Shown: positions 25,634 through 35,567 of the stretch, piece by piece
Layout: the number at the start of each line of letters is the position of its first letter
Position numbering within the stretch: position 1 is the stretch's first letter
Virus record (IMG/VR): IMGVR_UViG_3300036781_000119
Coordinates: 7,315-71,314 of that record
Length of the DNA stretch: 64,000 nt
Source of the DNA: a virus
Reading direction: 5' to 3' (one strand)
The notes under the pieces: generated by a model
The model's input: only the letters and a program-made list of their open reading frames with translations
Database searches by the model: none
Told to the model about the DNA's origin: nothing
Made by a program: the position numbers and the translations under genes

Positions 25634-28159
25634 CTACCACTGGATGAACAGCGATGCCTGCCGGGTGATTCCCCTGCCCGATCCGGTTTCCCAGGTGATC
25701 GCCGTAACGTAGGTGCGCCCGAGCGTGCCGCCTGTCAGCTTCATCTGGATGCGCGGGCCTGGGTCGATCGCGGGTATGCCGGGCGGCACCATGACGCGCC
25801 GATCGCCGGTATCGACCGCCACGCTGTTGGGCACCACCGCAAGGGGATTGGTGTCACCAGCGAAGGCCGACAGGATCGCCACCGAAGGGTTCACCACGGT
25901 GTCGTCGGGCGGCAGCCATAGCGCCAAGCTGAGCCAGTAATCGTCCGTATCCGTGCCGGCGGCGGGCGACCAGCTTTGCGGCGGGGTGGGGGGCATGTCA
26001 TCCTCGTCAGGGGGGAGCAGAATGGCCCGCACGTCGCGGGGTAGGGATAGGAAGCGGCCCGGCCGGGCGGTGCTGGGCGCAACGTAACTGATGCCGGACA
26101 GGGTGCCATGGCCGCTGGCGGCGCCTTGGGTGGAAGCGGTTGCCGTGCCGGCGCCAGTGAGCGCGCCTGCCCCCGCTGCGGTGCCCACAGCCGACGCCTG
26201 GGCTATGCCTGCGCCGGCCAGCGCGCCCGAGCCGGCAGCCGCGCCCGTCGCATTGACCACGCCGCCAGCGAAGCCAGTCAAGGCACCCGTGCCGGCCGCA
26301 GCACCCGCCGCTGCGGCGACGCCCGCGCCAGCACCCAGGAGAGCCCCGGCGCCGGCCGCAGCGCCCATACCAGCCGCCTGGGCACCACCGACGCCCGCCA
26401 GCACCCCGGCGCCAGATGCGACGCCAGCAGATGCCACGACGGCCGCCCCCGCGCCGGCCAACGCACCCACTCCTGCGGCTGCGCCAGCGGTGGCCTTCTG
26501 CGCCGTGCCCGCGCCAGTAAGCGTCCCGGTCCCGGAAGCGGCACCCACCGCGTCGCTGGTAGAGCTCGGGATCAGGATGACGCTCGCGCCCTGCGCTACG
26601 AAATTCGGCGAGGTGTTCGGCAGCCCGTTGATGTTGACCGGGGTCAGGCCCGACCATGTGACCGGCGGGAAGGTCGCATCGGGCGACAGCGCGTAATAGG
26701 TGCCATCGCCGAAGCTGTAATCCAGGTGGATCATCCATCGGCCATCGGCCCGCTGAACGACGTTGATGCCCTCGTTATCGCCGCCCCAGCCGAACGCGCC
26801 GCCGACGTTGGTCTGAATGCGGGTATAGCCGGAGAACGGACTACTGCTGGCCCATAGATCAATATACCAGGGGTTGCCGCCGACCGCGTTGGTGTTCCAG
26901 ATATAATAAGTGGAACCGACCTTCTGCATGAAGGCGTCGTATACTTTGTTCGGAAGCGAGGTTCCGGTGATCTGCACCGGATTGCTCCAAGTAGTCCACC
27001 CGGCATTGGTCGGGTGCATTTCGTAAGGCGCCATCGTGGCCCAATTATCATTGGATATGCACACGATGATGTGGATCGACCCATCGCTGTCCATGAAGAA
27101 CTGCGGGCCAAAGGTTCGGGCGTTGCTGCCGACCCCGGAGGCCGACGAACAGTCGGGGCTGGCGACGTAGCGCGCCGTCACGCCATCGGCGTCAAGCTTG
27201 TATAGATCCCAGGTGCTTTCGACGCCGCCATTGACGTTGATGCAGGCCGACCAAAAGGTGCCGTTCTGCGCCGTCTCCAGCGAGTTATTAACGAAGTAGA
27301 TGCCGGGGTCGTGGATGATATGGCCGCCGGGGGTGCCGATCGTGTTGACGGGCCGGAACTGGAAATTGATCCCGGTCGTGTCGGTGCCGTTGAACAGGTA
27401 GAGCTGGAACAGCGACGCCGGCGAGGATTCCGGCCCCCGGAAGGCCGACATCAGGTATTGCCCCGGCGTGTTCAATGCCGGCAGCGCCCCCTGGAGGAAC
27501 GGCGGATCGGCCACATAGGTCGGCGATCCAGAGGTCGTTTGCGTGTAGCCGTTCGGGCCAAGGTCGTTGCTGTTGCTGGTCAGCGGCAGATATTCGACCA
27601 GGGCAGTCGGAGAAGCCCGGCTGATGGCGCCGGGCAGCCCGCCCGCCGCGAGATATAGAACCTCAGCATCAAACAGCGTGGTGCGCCCTGTCCAGACGCC
27701 GAGTTGCGAGAACTGACCTCCCGGGGAGACCGTGCCAAAGGCCCCGTAAGGATCCTCCATGATTGATATAGGGGCGCTGCCTGAAGCGGGAGCGCCGCCG
27801 GCCACGCTGTTCTGCCTGACCCCGTCGAGATAGGAATAATAATTCGTCCCGTCGAACCCGAACACGAAGCTATGGAAATTGGTCGTGCCATATCCAGACG
27901 CAGGAAAAGCGGCCGGAAAGATATACCCGCCGCCGCCGTTTAGGATGGTGAAGCTCGCCTTCGCTCCCGCGCCATCATCCCAGGTCATACGGACCCGGTA
28001 GGTGGCGGCCAAATTCTCCCAGGAAAACAGGGCAGAGTCCGGCGCTCCACCCGGATTGTGGGTGGCCTTATAGAGCAACGAGACGAAGAATGCGCCGGTG
28101 GGGCCGGTGATGGTCGGACTGGCAATGCGATCGGATGACGTGTTGGACTGGACAGCCAT
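25634..28159 (-). CDS. Modular virion-associated glycosidase: LamG + GH43-like propeller + Gly/Ala repeats + fibre-adaptor-like domain
   Basis: HSFVFGFDGT..YLDG LamG; HDPGI, FGPQFF, YDAFM and NEGIN propeller motifs; DDYWLSLALWL..DTV...LTGGTLG..Y C-terminus. Confidence 0.7.
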   Translation of the reverse strand: MAVQSNTSSDRIASPTITGPTGAFFVSLLYKATHNPGGAPDSALFSWENLAATYRVRMTWDDGAGAKASFTILNGGGGYIFPAAFPASGYGTTNFHSFVFGFDGTNYYSYLDGVRQNSVAGGAPASGSAPISIMEDPYGAFGTVSPGGQFSQLGVWTGRTTLFDAEVLYLAAGGLPGAISRASPTALVEYLPLTSNSNDLGPNGYTQTTSGSPTYVADPPFLQGALPALNTPGQYLMSAFRGPESSPASLFQLYLFNGTDTTGINFQFRPVNTIGTPGGHIIHDPGIYFVNNSLETAQNGTFWSACINVNGGVESTWDLYKLDADGVTARYVASPDCSSASGVGSNARTFGPQFFMDSDGSIHIIVCISNDNWATMAPYEMHPTNAGWTTWSNPVQITGTSLPNKVYDAFMQKVGSTYYIWNTNAVGGNPWYIDLWASSSPFSGYTRIQTNVGGAFGWGGDNEGINVVQRADGRWMIHLDYSFGDGTYYALSPDATFPPVTWSGLTPVNINGLPNTSPNFVAQGASVILIPSSTSDAVGAASGTGTLTGAGTAQKATAGAAAGVGALAGAGAAVVASAGVASGAGVLAGVGGAQAAGMGAAAGAGALLGAGAGVAAAAGAAAGTGALTGFAGGVVNATGAAAGSGALAGAGIAQASAVGTAAGAGALTGAGTATASTQGAASGHGTLSGISYVAPSTARPGRFLSLPRDVRAILLPPDEDDMPPTPPQSWSPAAGTDTDDYWLSLALWLPPDDTVVNPSVAILSAFAGDTNPLAVVPNSVAVDTGDRRVMVPPGIPAIDPGPRIQMKLTGGTLGRTYVTAITWETGSGRGITRQASLFIQW
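26085..26560 (-). repeat. Coding Gly/Ala repeats (~21-aa period, GxAAGxGALxGxG)
   Basis: About 7-8 degenerate units visible in the translation. Confidence 0.75.
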
Positions 28160-28569
28160 CAGGCCCTCGCCTTCGCTTCCGCCATGCGGCGCCGAATCTC
28201 GGCGGTTTCGGTGGCGATATCGACCCCATCCTTGATCGCGTCCATCACGGCGCCAGACATCGCCTCGCGCACTTCCAAGGCACGCTGCCGGCGTTCCGGC
28301 GGCGCGCTAACCGCGATACCGACCGCATGCGCCAACCGGGGCTTGTTCCGCTCCGCTAGCCATGCGCGCGAGTAGGCGACAGCGCGCTGATCCAGGCCGG
28401 GCAGCTGAAGCCGGGTCAGGTGGATCGTGTGCAACGCCTCGTCATCGCTGGCTGGCTGGGGCATCTTCGGCGCGATATCCCGCCAAAGCCGTCTGGCTGC
28501 GGGAGCGTCGATCTCCACCAAGCATCGGCGGAACTCCGCCCGCGTCGCTTCGGTGCCATGGAACAGCAT
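28159..28569 (-). CDS. Hypothetical protein
   Basis: TGATG coupling to the downstream gene. Confidence 0.7.
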   Translation of the reverse strand: MLFHGTEATRAEFRRCLVEIDAPAARRLWRDIAPKMPQPASDDEALHTIHLTRLQLPGLDQRAVAYSRAWLAERNKPRLAHAVGIAVSAPPERRQRALEVREAMSGAVMDAIKDGVDIATETAEIRRRMAEAKARA

Positions 28570-28573
28570 GGCA

Positions 28574-29002
28574 TCAGTCCAGCGTGGCGGCCGTGGCGGT
28601 GGTGAGAACGGGGGTGATGCCGTTGCCCAGGGTGATGTTCGGTGTCAGCGTGCCCGAGAACAGGATGGGGGTCGCGCCGCCGCCCGTCTTGCCGAACGAC
28701 AGATAAGTGGCGGTGCCGCTGCCGCCGGTGCCGGCCGGGAAGCTGATCGGAGAAACCGGGCTGACGCTGTTGGCCGCGACGGTCCAGCCGCCCGACGTGC
28801 GCGCCACGTTCACCCGGGCATAGGAGGTGTATGCAACCTCACTGGTGGACATATCGCCCGCCTCGCCCGGATCGGCGGTGTGCAGCGCGCAGGCGATGGA
28901 GGACTCGGGCGAGCTCGTCGCGTTGATGGCGTAATTCGCCCATGTCGTGGCGTTGAAGATCAGTTGCAGGAGCGCGTTTTCGGTAGCGTTGCTCAGGCTC
29001 AT
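28574..29002 (-). CDS. Small virion/fibre-associated structural protein
   Basis: ENALLQLIFN...ALHTADPGE...EVAYTSYARV motif common in phage tail modules. Confidence 0.8.
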   Translation of the reverse strand: MSLSNATENALLQLIFNATTWANYAINATSSPESSIACALHTADPGEAGDMSTSEVAYTSYARVNVARTSGGWTVAANSVSPVSPISFPAGTGGSGTATYLSFGKTGGGATPILFSGTLTPNITLGNGITPVLTTATAATLD

Positions 29003-29043
29003 GGCGGGGGGTCCATTCGATCGCTGGCCGGCTTACGGAGCCT

Positions 29044-29076
29044 GCACCATAGAGCCGCCCGGCATGGTTTCTCAAT
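29044..29076 (-). promoter_or_regulatory. Putative internal promoter
   Basis: Minus strand TTGAGA-18 nt-TATGGT in the intergenic gap; similar CACCATAG.GCC.GCCCGG near 24356. Confidence 0.45.
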
Positions 29077-29083
29077 CGAGCGT

Positions 29084-30190
29084 TTAGAGCATCCCTGCGA
29101 CGCCAAGCCCGGCTGGGTTGGGTGCCGGCAGCGCCTGGATCGTGTAGGTGATGATGGCGATGCCCTGGGCGCCGTTGCCGCCATTGCCGCCTGCCGTGCC
29201 GGCCGATCCACCGCCGCCGCCGCCAGCTCCGCCGCCGCCATACAGGCCGCCAGCGCCGCCTATGCCGCCGGTTGATGCTGCGCCGGCCGACCCGCCGCCA
29301 CCGCCGCCGCCGCCGCCTCCGCCAGCGCCCGCGACGGCACCGTTGGAGGTCTGCGTGTAGTCGGCCCCCGCCCCGCCGGTCCCGCCCAGGTTGCCGTTGC
29401 CGGTTACGAGGTTCTCGCCGCCGCCACCACCGCCCAGCGTGCCCGCGCCACCGCTGGCGAGACCACCGCCAGCCCCGGCCGCATTATTGCCGCCCGCGCC
29501 GCCTAGCACGCCCACCGGCGTGGATCCGGTCGCCCCATTGGTCCCGGATGCCCCGCCGCCCGAACCGCCGCCGCCGGCCGCGCCGGTGGCGCTTGTGACC
29601 GAAGCCCCGCCGGTCCCGCCTGCGCCGCGCAAGCCGGCCGCTCCGCCCCCACCAGGGCCGCCATGCAGGGACGCGGCACCGCCTGTCGCGCCGCCCGTGC
29701 CGCCATCAGCTTTGGTCGAGCCCACCGATGCGCTGGCCAGCCCGCCAGCCGCGCCCGTGGTAGTCGTAGCCCCCGCGCCTGCCTTGGCAAGCGCGCCATC
29801 AGCAACCGTGACCGGGGCGCTGTTCGCCGCCACGGCCAGCCATGTGTCGGCACCGTTGCCGCCGCTGGTGTTCGCCGAAGCGCCGCCAGTGCCGCCGGTG
29901 CCGATGCTCAGAAACACGATCTGGTTGAGGGTCAGCGTCGCATCAGCCTGGGTGATCTGCGCGAAGGCCGCGCCGCCGCCGGCGCCCGCGCTGTTCGGGT
30001 TGCCGCCGCGCCGCCCGCCGCCGCCGCCGCCGATCGTGGCCACGGTCCATGGCGCGCCGAAGTCAGCCGGCAGGGAAAGCGTCGATGCGCCCGTGGTGGT
30101 GACGAAGATGGTCCGAGTCTGCGCGGCCGCGCCGTGCGCGCCGAACAGCAGCGCGGAGGCGAGAAGCCCCCGGATCAGGTTTCGGATCAT
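29084..30190 (-). CDS. Glycine-rich (polyglycine-II-type) adhesin with signal peptide
   Basis: ATGA-coupled start MIRNLIRGLLASALLFGAHGAAA|Q; IGGGGGG...GAQGIAIITY. Confidence 0.8.
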   Translation of the reverse strand: MIRNLIRGLLASALLFGAHGAAAQTRTIFVTTTGASTLSLPADFGAPWTVATIGGGGGGRRGGNPNSAGAGGGAAFAQITQADATLTLNQIVFLSIGTGGTGGASANTSGGNGADTWLAVAANSAPVTVADGALAKAGAGATTTTGAAGGLASASVGSTKADGGTGGATGGAASLHGGPGGGGAAGLRGAGGTGGASVTSATGAAGGGGSGGGASGTNGATGSTPVGVLGGAGGNNAAGAGGGLASGGAGTLGGGGGGENLVTGNGNLGGTGGAGADYTQTSNGAVAGAGGGGGGGGGGGSAGAASTGGIGGAGGLYGGGGAGGGGGGSAGTAGGNGGNGAQGIAIITYTIQALPAPNPAGLGVAGML

Positions 30191-31110
30191 TTGTAATGCA
30201 CGTTCACGATGTAGGCGCTGGCCGCAGGTGCGGTGGTGTCGTTGTCGGCGATGCCGGTGGTGACGACATAGGTTATTCCGGTCGAATAGGCGACGCCCAG
30301 GGGCAGCTGGAAAGCCAGCCCGGTGCCGGCGGTGTTGGCCGGGATCATAAACCGGGCCAGGGGCGTGCCCGAGCCCGCAGTGGCAGAGGTCGCATTGTAG
30401 ACCTTGATGTAGGCGATGGTGGCCGAGTTGTTGAAGGCGGTGATGCCGTAGAGCGTGCCGGCCGAGCCCTTCACCACGATGGCGGTGGTGTTGTTCGGGA
30501 TCAGCGTGGACGAGACGCTTGCGGCGGTCGTCACGTCGGTGACGTTGAAGGCATCCGTGCCGGTGGCGACGATGTGCGCGCCCCGCGCCGTGGCCTGCGA
30601 TTCGACAATCTGGCCCGTGGTCACCGTGGGCTGGGTGGTATTGAAAACCGCGCCGGTCTGGACCGGGAAGCCGGATTTCGCCGAGCCCGACGCGATCGAT
30701 CCCACCACCTTGACGCCGAGGTTGCTGCCCGGGAAGCGATACCAGCCCGAACCGCTCCAAACCCAAGAGCCCATCGCGCCCATGTTGGCGCCGGTCACGT
30801 TGTCGGCGAGATTCGACGCGCTGAACTGCGCCACCATGTTGGTGCCATCGGACAGGCCGATCGCGGTTCCCGTCGTCGGGAAGGCCGCGCCATACGTGGA
30901 GCTCGTGCCGCCCCCTCCGCCCCCGCCTCCGCCGGTGGTTGCCAGGGGCGTGGTGGCATCGCAGGGCAGGTAGAGCGACCCGGCGGTGCGGCACAGCAGC
31001 ACGACGCCCGAGGCGGTTTGCGACCGATTCCCCGAGTTGGCGAATTCCTCCGCCTGCGCCGGGAGCGCCAGCAGCAGCGCAAGGAAGGCGAGGCGGATCA
31101 TTTTCGTCAT
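30187..31110 (-). CDS. Virion-associated beta protein with signal peptide
   Basis: ATGA-coupled start MTKMIRLAFLALLLALPAQA|E; C-terminal VKGSAGTLYG...YIKVYNAT domain. Confidence 0.8.
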   Translation of the reverse strand: MTKMIRLAFLALLLALPAQAEEFANSGNRSQTASGVVLLCRTAGSLYLPCDATTPLATTGGGGGGGGGTSSTYGAAFPTTGTAIGLSDGTNMVAQFSASNLADNVTGANMGAMGSWVWSGSGWYRFPGSNLGVKVVGSIASGSAKSGFPVQTGAVFNTTQPTVTTGQIVESQATARGAHIVATGTDAFNVTDVTTAASVSSTLIPNNTTAIVVKGSAGTLYGITAFNNSATIAYIKVYNATSATAGSGTPLARFMIPANTAGTGLAFQLPLGVAYSTGITYVVTTGIADNDTTAPAASAYIVNVHYK

Positions 31111-34100
31111 GGTATGTAGGTTCCCCAAAGGTCGAGCTGGCATGTGACAGGCGTGCCTTGCGCCACGGACAAGCTGAAATACAGCGTTGTGTTCGTGTAG
31201 GCCGACTGGGCGCTGCTGGTCGCCCCCGCGAGGCGCCACGCGGAGTTCGCCGTATTGTTGAGGCTGGTGAAGGCTGCATTTGTCGATACGACCGAGCCGC
31301 CCTTCGCTGTGGCGGTATAGATGCCGCCGGATGCGGTGCTGCCCAGGCCCGAGCACTTGGTCAGGCTGGCCACCTGAAGCGATGCGGTGGTGGCCGTGCT
31401 TCCGAGCAGATAGCGGCCCGCCGGCAGCGTGATGGCCTGATCCGATCCGGCACCCGAAGTCGCTGCGTTCAGGTCCACCGTGGTGGTGGCGATGATGCCG
31501 TAGACGCCCGGCGGAGTGGCAGAAGGCCACGCACTGATCGGCGCGCGCTTCCACGCATTGGTGCCCGTGCACAGATAGAAATAGCTCGCGTCATAGCTGG
31601 CCGTGCCGGTCGAGCACGTATCGGTGGGCGTGCTGGGAACCGTGCCCGGCGCCAGCCGCAAGCCGCCCGCGAGGTAAAGCTTCTGCGGAACCGTGCGCTC
31701 GCCGGTCGGGATGCCGGTGGTGCGCAGCGGCGACGACAGGATGGCCGCCACGCTGGGGGTGACGCCCGACCAATCGAGCGTGTTGTCGAAGTCGTTCACC
31801 GTAAGCACGGGCTCGATGAGCGAGTCCACCACCATGCTTTCGCCGACCACGGGCGTGTAGGTGAAGCTGGCCGACGATCCCTGGAGCGCGGCCACCGTCG
31901 CCGTGCGGGTGCTGCCGACATAGCCGACGATCGTCCGCGCTTCGGTGAAGCTGGTAGTCATCGCCCGCGAGCCGAGCGCCAGGGTGGGCGGGTTCAGGAC
32001 CGAGTAGGTGCCGACGCCCCCGGTGGTGCCCGTCAGCTGCGCGACGATCTTCTGCCCGCCCTTCACGCCGCTACCGGCCAGCACGGCGCCGGGCACAAGC
32101 CGGCCTGGGGTGACGCCATCCATCGCCGTGACGGTCAGCACCCCGCCCGTGTTGAGGGAGGCGGTGAACTTGGCGGGGATCTGAGCTACCAGCGCGCCGC
32201 CATTGTATTTGCTGTTCGTCGCCGAGCCGTTCAGCAGCACCACCGCCGAGGTGGTCGAGCCGGTGTCCGCGCTGGAGTTGAGGCGGTTGTCGGTGCGCGT
32301 GCCGGTGACGAGGTGGCCTGACGCGCCGAAGCCGTTCTCGATGCCGATATAGACATTGTAGCCGGCCTGCACGTTGATGCCGGTGCCCAGCGACGATCCG
32401 TGGATGCCCACCGCGCCCACGGAGATATTGCTGGGGCGCGATGCCCTGCTGGTGCCGTAGATGCCCAGGCCGCTGCCGCCCTGCTGCACCGCGACCAACC
32501 ACAATTGGCCGATGAAAACGCCGGCGATGTCGTCGGTGTCGCCGGGCGACCCGATCATCACGAGATCTCCGACGCCCGCCACGCCCTGCTGTTTCTGTCC
32601 GCGCTCGACGCGCAGGTAGTCCATGATCATGGCCTTGGAACTGCTGACCTGATAGCCGTGGCTGGTCAGCGCGAAGCCTGGGCCGAAGGGGAAGACAATG
32701 TTCCCGTTGTTCACCTGGAGGTTGTTCGTCTTGGCGTTCAGGCCGACCGCATCGAACCACATGGCCGGGCGGCCAGGGATCGGGCCGGTGCCGGCAGTGC
32801 CGCACGAGGTGCAGCGGTAGTCGTTGATCAGGCTCTCGCGCAGGTAGGCGCCGGACGAATTCAGGATGGCGCCGGTGTGGATCAGCGACCCGATGTCGTT
32901 GCCGCTGATGCCGTTGAACAGCATCCCGCCTGCGAGGTCGTAGACCACGAAGCCATCGGGGATGTTGGTCGCGTTGCGGTTGCCGAACAGGGAAATGCCC
33001 TGCGCGCCCGCGCCCAGCGGGTTGGCCGAGAAGATCGTCGTTGGGCCGGCGGGGCTGATGACGCCCGAGGCGCCGAGGCCCGGCGCATAGCCGAAGATGT
33101 GCGCCCCGGTGTAGCCCTGGGTGACCGTGATCTGTGTCTGGCTGCGCCCGTCGCCCAGCAGCATCACCGGCTTGGTCATCACCGGGAGGCCGGTGCCGGT
33201 GATGCCGTAATTGCCCGAGGGGATGCGGATGATCGACCGCTTGCCCGCCGTCTGGAGCGCATTCGCCTGATTGATCGCCCGGGTGAAGGCCGCGTTGTCG
33301 TTGCTGAAATAGACGAAGCGGCCAGCCTTGGCGTAGGTGACATCCAAGGTCGCGCCGCACGCACCGGAAGGCGTGGCGCAATCGGTGGCGGTCGGATCGG
33401 TCGGGGTCACCGTGTAGGAGCCGGTGACGCTGGAATCCACCTGCCGCGCGTCCAGCCGGGCAATCGCCAGGATTATGCCGGTGGCGCCGTTGTCTGCCGT
33501 GACCGGCTCGGATGCGAGGTTGGAGGGCGCGACGGTGTAGAGCCCCCCGTTGAACAGATCCACGCTGACCAGCGCCCCGCCGCTGAACACGGCGGAGGCG
33601 ATGAAGCGCATGCCCGATCCGGTCGTGCCGCGCAGGAAGGTGGCGCCGTCCACGCCGCCCGTGCCGGGGTTGACGACGGTCAGGGCGGGGGTGGTGGCGG
33701 TGTTCGGCGCGACAGCGACAGCAGCGACAGCGAAGCACCCTTGGACGGTGTAGGTGCCACCGGCAATGCACACGGTATCGCCGACCGCATAGTTGCCGGT
33801 GGTGCCGCCTACCTCGACATCGGCGCCGATATTGTAGCTCGTGCCGTTCGTGCTGGCGGTGGCGTTGCCCGATAGATCGACGCAAGAGGTGCTGACCCAG
33901 GCGGTGATCGTGCCCAGGAATGGCGTGCCGCCCAGCCCCAGCATGTCGTTGACTTCGATGGTCTTGCCCGCATCGGCCGGGCCGAAGTTCGCCGATGCGC
34001 TGCACAGGCGGTTTGTGCCGGATGTGATCACGCCATCGGCCTGCGCGATCGCGTCCCGCTTGGCGCCCAGGTCGATCACATTCAGCACGTAGTCGGGGCC

Positions 34101-35567
34101 GATCGTGCCGTCGCCGCTGCCCGTGGTCGATGCCGTCGAGCGGTTCGTCGTGCCGTCCACGTAGAGATTGACGGCAAACGAGGTCGGCCCCGAAACCCGG
34201 CTGGCGATGACCTTGAACACCAGCCGATCGGTGACGCCCATCGCCGCGCCGGCGGTGACGTTGCTGTAGACCGGCAGCACGGCCGGGGCAGTGCCGTTCA
34301 GGGTGGAGGGCAGCGACGTGGCGAGCACGGTTTCGGTGCCGTCGCCCTCGCGCTTGCGGGTTTCGACCACGATGCTGGCGACGCCCGCGCCATCGCTGAC
34401 CGTGGCGTAGAGCTGGTGCACCGGAACGCCGGGCGGATAGGCGTTTGCCCCAGGATCGCCGGGGGCGGTGACGAAGTTGGCGACGGTGAAGGGGCCGGTG
34501 CCGGTCAGCGTGGCCGACAGGGCGGTTTCCGACAGGCCGCTGGCGGCCCGGCTGGCGGTCAGATAGGTGGCGATGCCCGAGGCATCAGGCGCGGCCGACA
34601 GGTAGAGCGTGGTTTCGGGCGGTCCAGTGAGCCCGTAGGCGCTGGACAGGTGCACGCCGCGCCCAGGCGGGCCGCCTATGGCCGTGCTGGAGCCCACGGC
34701 GGCGCTGGCGCCCGGGTTGGCCAGCAGCGTGCCCGCGCTCAGCTGCGGCGCCGCAGCCTGCAAGGCCGCCATCGTCGCCAGCTGGGTGGTGTTCGTGCCA
34801 ACCGAGGCGGTGGGCGCCGTGGGAATGCCCGTGAAGTGGGGCGAGTTCAGCGGCGCGCCGCCGCCCCCGCCGCCGCCATTGGCCAGCACGAAGGCGGTGG
34901 TGGCGATCTGGTCGGTATCCGTGCCCGGATCGGCAGTCGGCGCGGTGGGGACTCCAGTGAGCCCAGGCGAGGCAAGCGGTGCATATCCGGCACCGGCCAC
35001 GAAAGCGGTGGTCGCCAGCTGCGTCGTGTTCGTGCCCGGGGCGGCGGTCGGCGCGGTGGGGGTGCCGCTGAAGGCCGGGCTGTCGATTGGCGCGAAGCCG
35101 GCCACGACATAGCCGGTGACGAAGGCCGTGGTGGCGATTTGCGCGGTGCTGGTGCCCGGCGCAGCCGTGGGGGCGGTAGGCGTGCCGGTAAAGGCTGGGT
35201 CGGCCTTGGGCGCAAAGCTGGTGGCCACGAAGTTGGTGGTGGCGACGGCATTGCTGTTTGTGCCCACAGCCACGGTCGGGCCGGTCAGCGTGCCGGTGAA
35301 GGTGCCCGTCAGGAAGGTGGCCGACGTGCCGGCCAGTGCCCCCGTCAGCGTGCCGCCGGTCAGCGACAGATGCAGCGCGCCGGACGCGGTGATCTGCCCG
35401 ATGATGTAGGTGTTGCTGTTGTTCAGGTCCGCCGCCGCGAGGCAGCCCGGGTGGAACACCCCGCCGGTAAAGTTCGGCTGCGAGCACGCGACGGGAATCG
35501 ACTGCGCGGCCGCCGGCGCCGCGAGACCGATCAGCGCGGCAGCGGCGAGGATCAGGCGGCGGATCAT
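31107..35567 (-). CDS. Large tail fibre/tailspike (fibre repeats + pectate-lyase-like beta-helix) with signal peptide
   Basis: MIRRLILAAAALIGLAAPAAA|Q; SPAFTGTPTAPT repeats; NVIDLGAKRD...NDNAAFTRAI...IPSGNY; YLCTGTNAWKR. Confidence 0.85.
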   Translation of the reverse strand: MIRRLILAAAALIGLAAPAAAQSIPVACSQPNFTGGVFHPGCLAAADLNNSNTYIIGQITASGALHLSLTGGTLTGALAGTSATFLTGTFTGTLTGPTVAVGTNSNAVATTNFVATSFAPKADPAFTGTPTAPTAAPGTSTAQIATTAFVTGYVVAGFAPIDSPAFSGTPTAPTAAPGTNTTQLATTAFVAGAGYAPLASPGLTGVPTAPTADPGTDTDQIATTAFVLANGGGGGGGAPLNSPHFTGIPTAPTASVGTNTTQLATMAALQAAAPQLSAGTLLANPGASAAVGSSTAIGGPPGRGVHLSSAYGLTGPPETTLYLSAAPDASGIATYLTASRAASGLSETALSATLTGTGPFTVANFVTAPGDPGANAYPPGVPVHQLYATVSDGAGVASIVVETRKREGDGTETVLATSLPSTLNGTAPAVLPVYSNVTAGAAMGVTDRLVFKVIASRVSGPTSFAVNLYVDGTTNRSTASTTGSGDGTIGPDYVLNVIDLGAKRDAIAQADGVITSGTNRLCSASANFGPADAGKTIEVNDMLGLGGTPFLGTITAWVSTSCVDLSGNATASTNGTSYNIGADVEVGGTTGNYAVGDTVCIAGGTYTVQGCFAVAAVAVAPNTATTPALTVVNPGTGGVDGATFLRGTTGSGMRFIASAVFSGGALVSVDLFNGGLYTVAPSNLASEPVTADNGATGIILAIARLDARQVDSSVTGSYTVTPTDPTATDCATPSGACGATLDVTYAKAGRFVYFSNDNAAFTRAINQANALQTAGKRSIIRIPSGNYGITGTGLPVMTKPVMLLGDGRSQTQITVTQGYTGAHIFGYAPGLGASGVISPAGPTTIFSANPLGAGAQGISLFGNRNATNIPDGFVVYDLAGGMLFNGISGNDIGSLIHTGAILNSSGAYLRESLINDYRCTSCGTAGTGPIPGRPAMWFDAVGLNAKTNNLQVNNGNIVFPFGPGFALTSHGYQVSSSKAMIMDYLRVERGQKQQGVAGVGDLVMIGSPGDTDDIAGVFIGQLWLVAVQQGGSGLGIYGTSRASRPSNISVGAVGIHGSSLGTGINVQAGYNVYIGIENGFGASGHLVTGTRTDNRLNSSADTGSTTSAVVLLNGSATNSKYNGGALVAQIPAKFTASLNTGGVLTVTAMDGVTPGRLVPGAVLAGSGVKGGQKIVAQLTGTTGGVGTYSVLNPPTLALGSRAMTTSFTEARTIVGYVGSTRTATVAALQGSSASFTYTPVVGESMVVDSLIEPVLTVNDFDNTLDWSGVTPSVAAILSSPLRTTGIPTGERTVPQKLYLAGGLRLAPGTVPSTPTDTCSTGTASYDASYFYLCTGTNAWKRAPISAWPSATPPGVYGIIATTTVDLNAATSGAGSDQAITLPAGRYLLGSTATTASLQVASLTKCSGLGSTASGGIYTATAKGGSVVSTNAAFTSLNNTANSAWRLAGATSSAQSAYTNTTLYFSLSVAQGTPVTCQLDLWGTYIP
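34765..35285 (-). repeat. Tail-fibre repeats (APxxSPxFTGxPTAPTAxxGTNTTQxATTAFV), 4 full and 1 partial
   Basis: Seen in the translation; P2 gpH-type fibre repeat. Confidence 0.85.

Noticed and set aside
29084-30190. PE-PGRS-like or collagen-like similarity
   Set aside because: Low-complexity Gly-rich phage adhesin; no PE domain and no Gly-X-Y period
34765-35285. Regularly spaced repeats that could resemble a CRISPR array
   Set aside because: Degenerate at third codon positions and in frame; these are tail-fibre protein repeats, and no cas genes are present
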